This document shows, piece after piece, positions 1 through 8,795 of a stretch of DNA of 11,395 nucleotides (the first letter of the stretch is position 1; every line of letters begins with the position of its first letter). The stretch is taken from the IMG/VR virus record IMGVR_UViG_2585427777_000024, positions 1-11,395 of that record. The stretch is one strand, 5' to 3'. The translations under genes and the position numbers were made by a program. Source of the DNA: a virus (lineage: Duplodnaviria > Heunggongvirae > Uroviricota > Caudoviricetes). The notes under the pieces are model-generated. The model was not told where the DNA came from and searched no databases. It saw only the letters and a list, made by a program, of their open reading frames with translations.

Positions 1-1236
1 CTACGATAACCGCGCATTCAACATGGCTATCTGTTCGTCGTTCATGTCATCAATCCACATACCGTAAATTTCATACACCATCTGCGCAGTTTCATGCCCC
101 ATTTGGCTGGCTATAAATGCCGGGTTCGCTCCTGCCGTCAACAGCCAGCAGGCAAAAGTATGCCGCGTATGGTACGGATTACGGCGGCGAATACCAGCAC
201 GTTTTACTGCTGCATTCCACCTTGCCCCCAAACTGCTTACCGAGTAATAAGGTTTTTGTTTTCCGTTACACACCCTGGGCATGAAAACAAAATGCAGTTT
301 TTGCTTTTCGGTTCTGCCGTACTCCCGATGATAAAAGGTGATTTCGCTTTTGCGATGATGCCCGGTCAGTTTGTATTGCTCCTTCAGTGCTTCAAGAGCA
401 GGCTGCAGTAGTGTTACTGTTCGGATCCCGGCATTTGTTTTTGGGGGACCGAACATATCAAGTATCGTCAGGTTTCTTCTGACATTCACTATTCCCTTTT
501 CGAGATCCACATCCTCCCACGCCAGAGCTGCCAGTTCCCCGTGACGAAGTCCTGAGTAAACGGCAAATTTCCACAAGTTCTGGCTCTGTCCTTTTTCACT
601 TTCCATTAATGCATTGAATTCTGTTTTAGATAACGGATCAGGCTTTATTCTGTTTCGCTGTAATTTTTTTACTCCTTCAAATGGTTTGGTTGATATAAAT
701 CCCGACTGATACGCAAAACGCAACAGCGAACAGAGCAGGGCGATATAGTTATCAACTGTGCGCACGGTTCTTCCTTTTTTGTTGGATCTTGGATTATCCA
801 GGTAAAGCGTTTCTCCATGCAGCAGTTCATTCCGGTAGTTTAAGATATCGCTATAACGAATATGTGATATCGGGGTACTTTCACAAATTATTATTCTGAG
901 TGTTTTTAATTGTGATTTCGTTTTCTTCATTGTGTTTGTTGTTAACTCTGTCTCTTTAATTTTTGTCCAGATATCACAAAGCTCTCCGAACGTTTTTATG
1001 ACTCTCGTTGTCACCATTTTTGCCCCAGTGCTGGACTGGGGAAAACGTCTTAAATACTCAAATTCACCGGAGTTTATTTCATGAACTATCAGCGATCTTA
1101 AATTTCCGGCCTTTTTAATATTACTGTTTGTAATCTCCCAGCCTTTTAATGTTTCCCGACATCGTTTTCCTCGAAACATGAACCAGATGCGAATGTATCT
1201 ACCTCTAATCTCGACACCTGTTGGTAATTTAGACAT
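1..1236 (-). CDS. intR: Prophage tyrosine integrase (Rac IntR-type), 411 aa
   Basis: Full-length ORF; C-terminal HTRHTFA...YEIYGMW is a tyrosine-recombinase box II / catalytic Tyr region. Start is separated by 1 nt from the xis stop (TGAtATG). Sequence recalled as Rac IntR. Confidence 0.93.
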   Translation of the reverse strand: MSKLPTGVEIRGRYIRIWFMFRGKRCRETLKGWEITNSNIKKAGNLRSLIVHEINSGEFEYLRRFPQSSTGAKMVTTRVIKTFGELCDIWTKIKETELTTNTMKKTKSQLKTLRIIICESTPISHIRYSDILNYRNELLHGETLYLDNPRSNKKGRTVRTVDNYIALLCSLLRFAYQSGFISTKPFEGVKKLQRNRIKPDPLSKTEFNALMESEKGQSQNLWKFAVYSGLRHGELAALAWEDVDLEKGIVNVRRNLTILDMFGPPKTNAGIRTVTLLQPALEALKEQYKLTGHHRKSEITFYHREYGRTEKQKLHFVFMPRVCNGKQKPYYSVSSLGARWNAAVKRAGIRRRNPYHTRHTFACWLLTAGANPAFIASQMGHETAQMVYEIYGMWIDDMNDEQIAMLNARLS

Positions 1237-1237
1237 A

Positions 1238-1453
1238 TCATGAGTCTTTGATAAACTGATTTATCTTTGGATAGTTGTACCAGATAATCCCTCGTTTGCT
1301 GTCTGGCTTACCTAAAGGAGATACTCGTTTGAAGTGGAAGCCCTCCACCCAACAGTTCTGGCGGTATGCTTCAATTTGTCTGGCCCCCAGACCAGTGCGA
1401 AGCATCAGGCCGTATTCAACCATCCACTCTTCATTAAAGATTACTTGTGCCAT
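1238..1453 (-). CDS. xisR: Excisionase-like small protein (YdaQ/XisR), 71 aa
   Basis: ORF immediately upstream of int on the same strand. Start chosen at the internal ATG (1453) preceded by AGAGGTGA with a 4-nt spacer; the longest ORF extends to 1477 (79 aa). Confidence 0.7.
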   Translation of the reverse strand: MAQVIFNEEWMVEYGLMLRTGLGARQIEAYRQNCWVEGFHFKRVSPLGKPDSKRGIIWYNYPKINQFIKDS

Positions 1454-1531
1454 CGCATCACCTCTGGCAGGCGCCAATGTTAGACTGAAATTGACGCCCG
1501 ATGTTGATTATTAATAATCAGCTATGAAGTT

Positions 1532-1741
1532 TTAATTTGAATACAATGCAATTCTCGAGGACTGAAGTTTCTCGCAATTAAAATTTATCAGTTTTACTTT
1601 CTGCTCTCTGGAAACGCCTGCTTCTTTTTTACCTGAGAGCATTTTTTCGCATTCTGATTTCGTTAGTTTAGATTTTGAATATCTTGTCCAGTTAGTAGGA
1701 GTGCCACCTTCCTTTTCAATAGTGGCGGTAATTTTATACAT
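1532..1741 (-). CDS. ydaC: Small prophage protein YdaC-like, 69 aa
   Basis: Start chosen at the ATG preceded by GGAGGTG with a 5-nt spacer; this ATG overlaps the ralR stop (ATGTATAA). The longest ORF (93 aa, to 1813) would overlap ralR extensively. Confidence 0.65.
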   Translation of the reverse strand: MYKITATIEKEGGTPTNWTRYSKSKLTKSECEKMLSGKKEAGVSREQKVKLINFNCEKLQSSRIALYSN

Positions 1742-1928
1742 GAACACCTCCATTATTATTTCCAGTGGTTCGTTTATTCCATCTTTCGAGTGCTTCTTTT
1801 TCACTTCCACCATAACCGGTTCGGGATTCGCATCCGTTACACTTCGCTCGGTAATATCCTGAAATGGCTTTCACCGTTACTGATGGACAACCACAAAATG
1901 GACATGGTTTAACATTGTCATATCTCAT
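1734..1928 (-). CDS. ralR: RalR/Lar restriction-alleviation protein and type I toxin (DNase), 64 aa
   Basis: Translation MRYDNVKPCPFCGCPSVTVKAISGYYRAKCNGCESRTGYGGSEKEALERWNKRTTGNNNGGVHV matches recalled Rac Lar/RalR, including Cys-rich zinc-ribbon-like motifs. In-frame upstream ATGs give 68- or 77-aa alternatives. Confidence 0.85.
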   Translation of the reverse strand: MRYDNVKPCPFCGCPSVTVKAISGYYRAKCNGCESRTGYGGSEKEALERWNKRTTGNNNGGVHV

Positions 1929-1984
1929 AATTTTTCTCATAAAAAATATTTCAAGTTGGCGGTGCATTACACCGCCAGGCTGAA

Positions 1985-2794
1985 TTATTCCTCTGAATTA
2001 TCGATTACACTGTATTCCCCGGTTAATACAGAGGAATCTGCAGGATCGATTGTCAGTGGTTCCTTTTCATCCATTGATACTGCACGCTGGATCTCAATTG
2101 ATACGGGCAGATATTTGAACAGGCGACGAATAGCCGTTTTCTTTGCCATTTCTTCCCAGTGAGTTACCCACGGCCCGTTATTACCAGCTTTACTCAGGCT
2201 GCGCACCAGCTCAATCTGTTTGCGCGTCATAACTTCAAACTGAGTACCTCCGTCTTTCAGTCTTGCGACAGCATAGACGTGGGTAACCGGGGCATCTTCG
2301 TTTTCTCCCGGGCGGTGTATTAACTTTTCATCAAGGCCAAATTCGAAGCTAAACTCGTCACCTTCACGGACAACACGGGCTGACAGGCTGGCGATTTGAC
2401 CAGAACGGCGAGCCAGATCAATCATGCCGCGATAGCCAATGATTAGCTGAACGTTCTTTTTACCGCTCTTTTCGTTTTTATTACCAAAAGGCAGTAAATA
2501 TGCATGACCGAGGGCGCTACCTGGCTCAAGTCCGAGCTGTGAACACTGTACGATCGCACTGACAAAACTCATAGTGTCACAGTTTCCTAACGCCGGAACT
2601 TTACGAATTTCTGTGGTGGCGATACGGATCATACGTTCAGCCGTCATATGGCGTGGAAGAGCTGCTGCCAGTTGCTCTTTCATTGATGGCTGGTTAATAA
2701 AACTAATCACGTCGCTATTTTTAACTGCTGCTGGTGCACGGTTTCCCTGAGTTTTTTGCAGATCGGCTTTTGCGATTGGTGGTTGCTTAGTCAT
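1985..2794 (-). CDS. recT: RecT single-strand annealing protein, 269 aa
   Basis: Translation from [16 protein letters not shown] matches recalled RecT. AAGGA lies 8 nt upstream of this ATG. The start overlaps the recE 3' end by 8 nt. Confidence 0.95.
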   Translation of the reverse strand: MTKQPPIAKADLQKTQGNRAPAAVKNSDVISFINQPSMKEQLAAALPRHMTAERMIRIATTEIRKVPALGNCDTMSFVSAIVQCSQLGLEPGSALGHAYLLPFGNKNEKSGKKNVQLIIGYRGMIDLARRSGQIASLSARVVREGDEFSFEFGLDEKLIHRPGENEDAPVTHVYAVARLKDGGTQFEVMTRKQIELVRSLSKAGNNGPWVTHWEEMAKKTAIRRLFKYLPVSIEIQRAVSMDEKEPLTIDPADSSVLTGEYSVIDNSEE

Positions 2795-5387
2795 TTGCAT
2801 ATTCCTTAGCCCAGCGGGGCAGTGATAATGTCTTAATAGCTGGCCATTCATCGGTATTCAGGCAGTCAGACAGGGTTCGCAGATTGCGGTGATATTCCTG
2901 TTGACCTGCCAGTTTTGCTTCTTCGCCCATCATGAAAATTTCAACCGGATAACGTCCGCATTCAATAGTTGTGCTGGCAACCAGAAAAACGAAAGTTGGC
3001 TGCACTCCAAACTGTGCTTCATAACCGTCACTGTAGAATGCATCCTGAACGTGATAGCGGTAGTCGTAATAAGCGGTTTTGAATCGTTGAATATCCGCCG
3101 TAGTTTTCACGTCCATGATCCAGTGAAATTCAGGGATAATTTTGTCCGGACGGCACCGACACAAAATTCCTGTTTCAGGATCTTCCCAGTAAATTGATGA
3201 TTCAGCGTGTCCGGCGCTTTCAACAAGCCATTGCCCCAGCGGCAAAGCCATAACGCTTTGATACATGAGTTCAATTTTCCGGTCTTCTTCCGCAGTGATA
3301 ACCGTTTTTCCTGTGCTTGCGCATTCCATCAGAAACGCTTTCTCTTCTTCTTTTCCGGCGTTTGTACGGCGGTTAAATTCAGGTGCTACGATAAAGCGGT
3401 TACTGAATTCTTCCGGTTCAAGTACCCGGCAGTGGAAAGCAGTTCCTAAATCGAGCGTTTTTGTCTTTGTGGTGTCCACGGGGGCATTTTTACGCCACAA
3501 ATATAGTGCCGGAGTATCAGCAATGTCATCGAGCTGAGACTTACTGATACCGGGACCCGCGTGGTAATTCTCATTCGAAATTCTGTAATAAATACCTGGC
3601 TCTATGTCTTCTACGATTACGGGATCTGCGACTTCGCCAGTTTCATCACTGCAATCGCGATGCGGATCGCTGCCAGCATTCTCATTGTGCGGATGTTCAG
3701 CGCCTTCCATTTCCTCCGGATCATTTTCCTTAGCTTCAACCTGACTCTTTTCATCGAATGTTTCCTGGTATGTTGCGTCGCCCATCACCGCACCACAGTC
3801 AGGGCAGTTATCCCCGCCAGTCTGGCCGCAGGCATTGCAGGCTATTTCCGGTTCCTGTTGCACTACTGGCTCAGGTTGATTCATATCTGGGCTGGTTTTT
3901 TCCGTTTCTGGCTGGTTCTGGTACACACAATCGCGAGTCTGGATCCCCTTTACCCATTTCGGATCGTTCGGGTCGCTAATTCCGTCAACAAATTCACCAC
4001 GTGATGCAGCAAGCAATTTATCGGCATCGACAGGATTTTTTGATGGAATGTTTTTCCGGGCTTCATGGAGTTCTGCCCGCAGTTCCTGATATTTCGCATC
4101 AACAGAATTTACCTGTGACTGAGCATCCAGCGGCTGCGTGTCCTGATGATGTTCAGTTGCGTCCGGTTCCATTGTTTCAGCCTCTCCCTGTTCAACTGCC
4201 GTTGTTCCAGATGGTTGCGGTTTTTCTTCATCATCCTGTTTTCCTTCTTCTGTTACTCGCTGCGGCATCGGGGCAGAGGAGCGACCGCAGGCAATATCCA
4301 CGATTTCCGGATCAGGGTTGGCATGATCGGTTTCAGTCAGTACTTTGTTCAGATATTCAGTGACGTGCGCGGGGATGACCTCGATCCCAATTGGTGCTTC
4401 TTTTACGGACGCAACCACGATGGCGCGGGAATAATCCAGCCCGCCAGGCATGGTGATGAATTTGTCGCGGAAAACAGAAAAGGGCGGTTTATTTTCAGCG
4501 ATAATTTCCTCAATGCGTTTAGCGTGTGCCGGATGAAGGTTATAGATGTCCAGATCCATTGAACGGGCCAGTACGCCAGTGGCTACGTCGCGCGCCAGTG
4601 ACGTCAGATCGTGTACGAAACCTTCGCCGCGATCGGTGAGGTTTCCGCCGCCAGCATTAGCACCGGAAGCCGTGCGAGTGATGTGTGAAACACGATTACC
4701 CTTCATCCATTCTTTTGTCAGCAGTCCTCGATCGGTGTAGTCAGCGTTCAGGTATGCTTCGAAAAAAGCAGTTATCAGTCCCAAGTTTGAATTACCAGGA
4801 TTAGGGAAAACTTTGTCAGTGTCACGAACCAGTTTGTGGAGTTCGCGAATTTCCAGCGGGTCGAGCAGGCTGGTTTTGTGGGAAACAGCCAGGGCAGTAA
4901 CAGCCGGTAGTTCTTCAGCCCGAGCAATGTGTAATGCCTGGAGTCCGTCGCGTGAAACGTGCGTTACCGGTTTTTCGCTGCCGTGTTGAGCAAGCCAACG
5001 AATGGGCAGTTCCTGGCCAGAAATTGGGAGTAGCATATTCTCCTCAATCTCAGTCATGTCTTCGCCGTTGACGTTGGTATTGCCTTGATAGTGAGCGTTG
5101 TCTGGTGCTGCTCCCGGTTTTAGTTCCCATGTCATGGAGTCTTTGCTGAGTTGATAGCGTTCACTCCAGGTAAAATCGATCTCACCTTCAGCGGGCAGGT
5201 CATTAACGACAGGAAAATTCGTGGCAACAGCTTTAAAATAGCTGCTCAGTTTTTTACCTGACTTAACGATCAGGTAGTCCAGAGTGGCACAGGTCGATTC
5301 AAAATCGTTGCTTGCCCACAGGACGACGTCAGGTTCACCGGATGATTTTTTCGCTTTCCGTAACAGGAAGAGTGGTTTTGTGCTCAT
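2787..5387 (-). CDS. recE: RecE exonuclease VIII, 866 aa, full length
   Basis: Uninterrupted 866-aa ORF; N-terminus [14 protein letters not shown] and C-terminal nuclease domain recognised as RecE. No frameshift or internal stop. Confidence 0.95.
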   Translation of the reverse strand: MSTKPLFLLRKAKKSSGEPDVVLWASNDFESTCATLDYLIVKSGKKLSSYFKAVATNFPVVNDLPAEGEIDFTWSERYQLSKDSMTWELKPGAAPDNAHYQGNTNVNGEDMTEIEENMLLPISGQELPIRWLAQHGSEKPVTHVSRDGLQALHIARAEELPAVTALAVSHKTSLLDPLEIRELHKLVRDTDKVFPNPGNSNLGLITAFFEAYLNADYTDRGLLTKEWMKGNRVSHITRTASGANAGGGNLTDRGEGFVHDLTSLARDVATGVLARSMDLDIYNLHPAHAKRIEEIIAENKPPFSVFRDKFITMPGGLDYSRAIVVASVKEAPIGIEVIPAHVTEYLNKVLTETDHANPDPEIVDIACGRSSAPMPQRVTEEGKQDDEEKPQPSGTTAVEQGEAETMEPDATEHHQDTQPLDAQSQVNSVDAKYQELRAELHEARKNIPSKNPVDADKLLAASRGEFVDGISDPNDPKWVKGIQTRDCVYQNQPETEKTSPDMNQPEPVVQQEPEIACNACGQTGGDNCPDCGAVMGDATYQETFDEKSQVEAKENDPEEMEGAEHPHNENAGSDPHRDCSDETGEVADPVIVEDIEPGIYYRISNENYHAGPGISKSQLDDIADTPALYLWRKNAPVDTTKTKTLDLGTAFHCRVLEPEEFSNRFIVAPEFNRRTNAGKEEEKAFLMECASTGKTVITAEEDRKIELMYQSVMALPLGQWLVESAGHAESSIYWEDPETGILCRCRPDKIIPEFHWIMDVKTTADIQRFKTAYYDYRYHVQDAFYSDGYEAQFGVQPTFVFLVASTTIECGRYPVEIFMMGEEAKLAGQQEYHRNLRTLSDCLNTDEWPAIKTLSLPRWAKEYAND

Positions 5388-5460
5388 TGTTTTTTAACCT
5401 CAACTCAGATTAAAATTCGTTTTGTTCAGTGAATGATCTTGCCGGATACACACTGTTCAT

Positions 5461-5481
5461 AGCCTGCGCCATACGCAGGCT
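5461..5481 (-). other. Perfect 8-bp-stem hairpin (AGCCTGCG-ccata-CGCAGGCT) between racC stop and recE start
   Basis: Seen directly. On the transcribed (minus) strand it sits 7 nt after the racC stop and is not followed by a U-tract, so it is not a canonical intrinsic terminator in that direction. Confidence 0.5.
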
Positions 5482-5488
5482 ATTTCTT

Positions 5489-5764
5489 TCAGATTTCACC
5501 TTTTAATTTCATTGCAATTAGAGTTGCCAGAAATTCGGCTTTTTTTTCTGCGGGCAGATTCTTTCCGATATGCACCAGGCACATTTTTTTGACACCTTCA
5601 TCAAGTGTTTTTACGTTGCCTGATGGACCATCGATATCAACCACAGTGAATGGGGTTTCTTTATTTTCTGTTTTAATTACGTAGCCAATGCGCTTTCCTT
5701 CCAGATTCACCTCGTGAACAATGTCATCGGTAGTTACAACAGTGGCTTCATAATTGGTAATCAT
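5489..5764 (-). CDS. racC: RacC, 91 aa
   Basis: Translation from MITNYEATVVTTDDIVHEV matches recalled RacC. The ATG at 5764 is preceded by AAGGAG. The longest ORF extends to 5812 (107 aa). Confidence 0.85.
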   Translation of the reverse strand: MITNYEATVVTTDDIVHEVNLEGKRIGYVIKTENKETPFTVVDIDGPSGNVKTLDEGVKKMCLVHIGKNLPAEKKAEFLATLIAMKLKGEI

Positions 5765-5838
5765 GTTTTTCTCCTTAATTAAGGTTGAGCGAATACCTGC
5801 CATTTCTGGCATAAATTCAGTTTCGAATAGTCAATTAA

Positions 5839-6009
5839 TTAAAGTTCATGTGCCATCTGGTCTTTTTCGGCACAAGCTTCACTGCAATATTTTCTCGGTT
5901 CGTCTTTTGATAAAATCCCGTGCATGAAGTGAAGCATTCTTTCAATAGCTTTGCTTTCTTCAACGTCTTTTTTGCAAAGGTGGTAAGCACATTTTATTTT
6001 CTTAGTCAT
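5839..6009 (-). CDS. ydaE: YdaE small Cys-rich (zinc-binding-like) protein, 56 aa
   Basis: Not in the supplied ORF track (<60 aa). Manual translation gives [56 protein letters not shown]. The start overlaps the kilR stop by 1 nt (TGATG). Confidence 0.75.
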   Translation of the reverse strand: MTKKIKCAYHLCKKDVEESKAIERMLHFMHGILSKDEPRKYCSEACAEKDQMAHEL

Positions 6010-6230
6010 CACCATGACTCCGCCTTTACAGGTAAACCATCACGACCGAGGAAGACTTTAATCATGCGGTCAGTAATGCTTGTTTTTGTGGTCAGGTTAC
6101 GAATATATAGTTTTCGCTTTTTAATATTGTTTGCCGAGGCAATATATGTCCGGCCTTCATGAAGAACATAATCGCCAGGAGTCACACACTGACGTGGTAT
6201 TTCATCAGTTCCGAAGTGATGTGCAATCAT
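6009..6230 (-). CDS. kilR: KilR cell-division (FtsZ) inhibitor, 73 aa
   Basis: Translation from [29 protein letters not shown] matches recalled KilR. The ATG at 6230 is preceded by GGAG with a 6-nt spacer. The longest ORF adds 4 codons. Confidence 0.85.
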   Translation of the reverse strand: MIAHHFGTDEIPRQCVTPGDYVLHEGRTYIASANNIKKRKLYIRNLTTKTSITDRMIKVFLGRDGLPVKAESW

Positions 6231-6401
6231 AATTATCTCCATTTTTACAAATGAACTTTGTTGATGCGGTGCCTGGTGCCTCCAGGTGACTGCAACCAGT
6301 TAACAATTACAGTCGGCTTTCCCACCCAAACCAATAAGGACTAACATGACTTTTAACTGTGCCACGTGCGCTTAGCCGCATTCACCGCATCACAAAATTC
6401 A

Positions 6402-6453
6402 CTTTAAAAAGGGCGGACATCAGCCGAACTTCAAGAAAAAAACTGATGCCGCC
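6402..6453 (-). terminator. Terminator-like stem-loop on the minus strand, ~170 nt upstream of kilR
   Basis: Inverted repeat GGCGG(A)CATCAG ... CTGATGCCGCC (11 bp, one bulge, 19-nt loop). On the minus-strand RNA the stem is followed by C-UUUUU-AAAG. On the plus strand there is no U-tract after it. Confidence 0.4.
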
Positions 6454-6671
6454 AGGACTACACACAGCAATGTCGTTATTTACAACCGGAGGCGCACTCC
6501 CACCATTTAAATTTAACAGACAAGACCGACTCTTTATGGATATCGGAAATGCGCCTTCGTGTTGTGCCCGGTTTTATTTCACCACCTCCGGGCTTCGGTG
6601 GTCTCGGCTATACCCCTACAGCGAGAGCTTGTGTTAACATTTCAATACCCTTACAGTTGAGAGTTATTGAT

Positions 6672-7160
6672 ATGTTGGATGTATTTACTCCATTGTTGAA
6701 ACTTTTTGCTAACGAGCCACTCGAAAGACTTATGTATACGATTATCATTTTTGGTCTCACTCTCTGGCTGATACCGAAAGAGTTTACTGTCGCATTCAAT
6801 GCTTATACTGAAATACCTTGGCTCTTTCAGATTATCGTTTTTGCCTTTTCTTTCGTGGTCGCCATTTCCTTCTCAAGATTGCGAGCACATATTCAAAAGC
6901 ATTATTCATTACTACCAGAGCAACGAGTATTGCTTCGTTTATCTGAGAAAGAAATCGCTGTATTTAAAGATTTCCTTAAAACAGGAAATCTTATTATCAC
7001 TTCTCCTTGCCGTAACCCGGTTATGAAAAAATTAGAACGGAAGGGCATCATTCAACATCAGAGTGATAGCGCAAACTGTTCTTATTATCTCGTCACCGAA
7101 AAATACTCCCATTTTATGAAGTTATTCTGGAACAGCAGGAGTAGACGTTTTAATCGTTAG
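6672..7160 (+). CDS. sieB: SieB superinfection-exclusion protein, 162 aa, membrane
   Basis: Translation from MLDVFTPLLKLFANEPLERLMYTIIIFGLTLWLIPK (hydrophobic N-terminal half) matches recalled SieB. The longest ORF begins 41 codons upstream (6549); that extension looks non-coding (Pro/Gly-rich). Confidence 0.8.
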   Translation: MLDVFTPLLKLFANEPLERLMYTIIIFGLTLWLIPKEFTVAFNAYTEIPWLFQIIVFAFSFVVAISFSRLRAHIQKHYSLLPEQRVLLRLSEKEIAVFKDFLKTGNLIITSPCRNPVMKKLERKGIIQHQSDSANCSYYLVTEKYSHFMKLFWNSRSRRFNR

Positions 7161-7312
7161 CTTACTGTGTGCTTCTCCAACCATCGGCGCGCACCAGTTT
7201 CGGTTTTAAATGTTTTGCTTTTGGTATACGTCATGGCAGTGAACGTTCCATCCTGGTTGGGAAACACGCCGTACACCAGAGATTCGTTGTTGCCAAGATC
7301 GATAGTATCCAT
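7157..7312 (-). CDS. ydaF: YdaF-like small protein, 51 aa (alternative 78-aa form starting at 7393)
   Basis: Convergent with sieB; stops overlap by 4 nt. The internal ATG at 7312 is preceded by GAGGTCAGC; the upstream ATG at 7393 also has a GAGG 9 nt ahead. Identity is by synteny plus recalled length. Confidence 0.55.
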   Translation of the reverse strand: MDTIDLGNNESLVYGVFPNQDGTFTAMTYTKSKTFKTETGARRWLEKHTVS

Positions 7313-7397
7313 GCTGACCTCATTTCCCCTTAACGCCGGGGTAGCGGAACAAAAACCTGCTGCATAGTTATTAAAGTTGAACCCTGCCGTCATGTTC

Positions 7398-7535
7398 TTA
7401 CGCCTCGGGCTGGCTACTTAACCCCTGACCACTGCCTGGTAACTCGAAGTATTGCCCTGCGTTCTGTGGGGCGGGGTGGGTTGGTAGGTATATAATGTAC
7501 TTTGTGTTCATTGATGTAAAGTACTTTAAGTACAT
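7398..7535 (-). CDS. Small ORF of 45 aa (37 aa from second ATG at 7511), possibly ydaG by position
   Basis: Manual translation MYLKYFTSMNTKYIIYLPTHPAPQNAGQYFELPGSGQGLSSQPEA. No convincing SD. The stop lies 4 nt before the ydaF 78-aa start. Called by synteny only. Confidence 0.3.
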   Translation of the reverse strand: MYLKYFTSMNTKYIIYLPTHPAPQNAGQYFELPGSGQGLSSQPEA

Positions 7536-7536
7536 T
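7494..7536. promoter_or_regulatory. Inverted pair of AATGTACTT motifs with a central GTACTT-T-AAGTAC palindrome, just 3' of racR
   Basis: AATGTACTT at 7494-7502 (+) and its reverse complement at 7528-7536. The same ATGTACT core recurs twice in the racR-ydaS intergenic region. A TATAAT hexamer sits at 7491-7496. Confidence 0.4.
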
Positions 7537-7610
7537 TTGTGTGTAAAAAAATGAGATGGGATAAAGTGAAGCACAAACCCGGAGGGGGACGCTACCGGAT
7601 TTATGCTGGT

Positions 7611-8030
7611 TTAAGAGGCTTTTTGTTTTTTCTTTCGTGCTAGCTCTTCGTAAATTGCATTGTACTTCTGTTTTTTCTCCTCAAGAGTTTTTAAAAGTTC
7701 ATCTGTCTCACTGTCAGGGAGCTCGTCCAGAAGGTCAATGATGATTTTTTGTCTTGGATTTAACTCCTGATAGAAACGTACCTGTCCACTTTCTTCTGTA
7801 TCCTCTCCCAAAAGATAGGTTGGTGTTGTTCCAATGAGTGTTGCTAATTCCCTTAATTTCTCTCGGCGAGGAATTGTTTCGCCATTAAACCATTTGCTAA
7901 CCGCTTTTGGTGTTAATTTCATTCGACGGGCAATTTCTGCCTGCCTTCCATGTTGTTCATAACCAGCGTTTTCACAGGCTAGCGCAAGCCTACTGGCGAA
8001 CTCTTTACGCGCTTTATCTTCATGAACCAT
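7611..8030 (-). CDS. racR: RacR-type prophage repressor, HTH (XRE/CI-like), 139 aa
   Basis: The N-terminus has an HTH-like segment (QAEIARRMKLTPKAVSKWFNGETIP). Divergent from ydaS, as cI is from cro. No in-frame upstream ATG or GTG before the stop. Confidence 0.8.
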   Translation of the reverse strand: MVHEDKARKEFASRLALACENAGYEQHGRQAEIARRMKLTPKAVSKWFNGETIPRREKLRELATLIGTTPTYLLGEDTEESGQVRFYQELNPRQKIIIDLLDELPDSETDELLKTLEEKKQKYNAIYEELARKKKQKAS

Positions 8031-8109
8031 AAGTTCAATGATATTCGCTCTTGAATGTACTGTCAGTTCTGTTATAGCATGTACTCAAAGTTCACATTGT
8101 GAGGGTGAT
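8031..8109. promoter_or_regulatory. racR-ydaS divergent control region with two direct ATGTACT repeats
   Basis: ATGTACT at 8055-8061 and 8079-8085 (24-bp spacing). Candidate -35 TTGAAT (8051-8056) and -10 TATAGC (8073-8078) for ydaS. Strong SD GAGGG 5 nt before the ydaS ATG at 8110. Confidence 0.5.
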
Positions 8110-8364
8110 ATGAACCAGAAAACACTTGAAGATGTAATCAAAACTGTTCGCGTTTCTGTTGTGGCCGACGTTTGTGGTGTCAGCCAAAGAGCAATCTACA
8201 AATGGATGGATAACGGAAAATTGCCTCGCACAGAATATACCGGCGAAACAAATTACGCTGAAAAAATCGCTCATGCATCAAACGGATTATTTTCTGCTGA
8301 TGTAATTTTAACTATTGGCAGAAATAAAACTACTACGAAAAAGCTGATGGGAGTTGATTCATGA
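8110..8364 (+). CDS. ydaS: YdaS Cro-like HTH protein, 84 aa
   Basis: Start at 8110 (GAGGGTGATATG). The longest ORF (from 8038) would begin only 7 bp from the racR start, leaving no room for divergent promoters. HTH-like segment VADVCGVSQRAIYKWMDNGKLP. Confidence 0.8.
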   Translation: MNQKTLEDVIKTVRVSVVADVCGVSQRAIYKWMDNGKLPRTEYTGETNYAEKIAHASNGLFSADVILTIGRNKTTTKKLMGVDS

Positions 8365-8783
8365 AAATCAAGCATGAGCACATCGAGTCAGTGTTGTTAG
8401 CCCTGGCAGCCGAAAAAGGGCAGGCATGGGTAGCCAATGCCATTACTGAAGAATATCTGCGCCAGGGGGGCGGCGAATTGCCCCTGGTACCAGGCAAGGA
8501 CTGGAATAATCAGCAGAATATCTATCACCGTTGGTTGAAAGGTGAAACGAAAACGCAAAGAGAAAAAATTCAGAAGCTGATCCCAGCAATTCTGGCAATC
8601 CTTCCGCGCGAGCTGCGTCACCGACTCTGCATCTTCGATACCCTGGAACGCCGTGCATTACTGGCGGCGCAGGAAGCGTTAAGTACGGCAATTGATGCGC
8701 ATGATGATGCAGTCCAAGCCGTTTACCGGAAAGCGCATTTCAGCGGCGGCGGGTCTTCCGACGATTCTGTCATTGTTCATTAA
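8361..8783 (+). CDS. ydaT: YdaT (CII-like, toxic when derepressed), 140 aa
   Basis: Start overlaps the ydaS stop (ATGA). Position and size fit Rac ydaT. Confidence 0.8.
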   Translation: MKIKHEHIESVLLALAAEKGQAWVANAITEEYLRQGGGELPLVPGKDWNNQQNIYHRWLKGETKTQREKIQKLIPAILAILPRELRHRLCIFDTLERRALLAAQEALSTAIDAHDDAVQAVYRKAHFSGGGSSDDSVIVH

Positions 8784-8795
8784 GCAAAAGTTTCC

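Noticed and set aside
94-411. 105-aa plus-strand ORF inside the integrase gene
   Set aside because: Entirely antisense to a well-supported int ORF; no SD; composition typical of a shadow ORF.
2889-4740. Series of plus-strand ORFs (64-147 aa) across the recE region
   Set aside because: All lie antisense within the intact 866-aa recE frame; repetitive, low-complexity translations; shadow ORFs.
5461-5481. racC-recE hairpin as a Rho-independent terminator
   Set aside because: On the transcribed minus strand it is not followed by a U-run. It is only U-flanked on the plus strand, where no gene is transcribed, so a terminator role is unsupported.
6359-6637. 92-aa plus-strand ORF in the kilR-sieB intergenic region, and the 41-codon upstream extension of sieB (from 6549)
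   Set aside because: Pro/Arg/Gly-rich translations, no SD, and the region is full of hairpins; the SieB hydrophobic N-terminus begins at 6672.
8038-8109. Long form of ydaS (108 aa, start at 8038)
   Set aside because: It would start 7 bp from the divergent racR start codon, leaving no promoter space; the internal ATG at 8110 has a strong SD.
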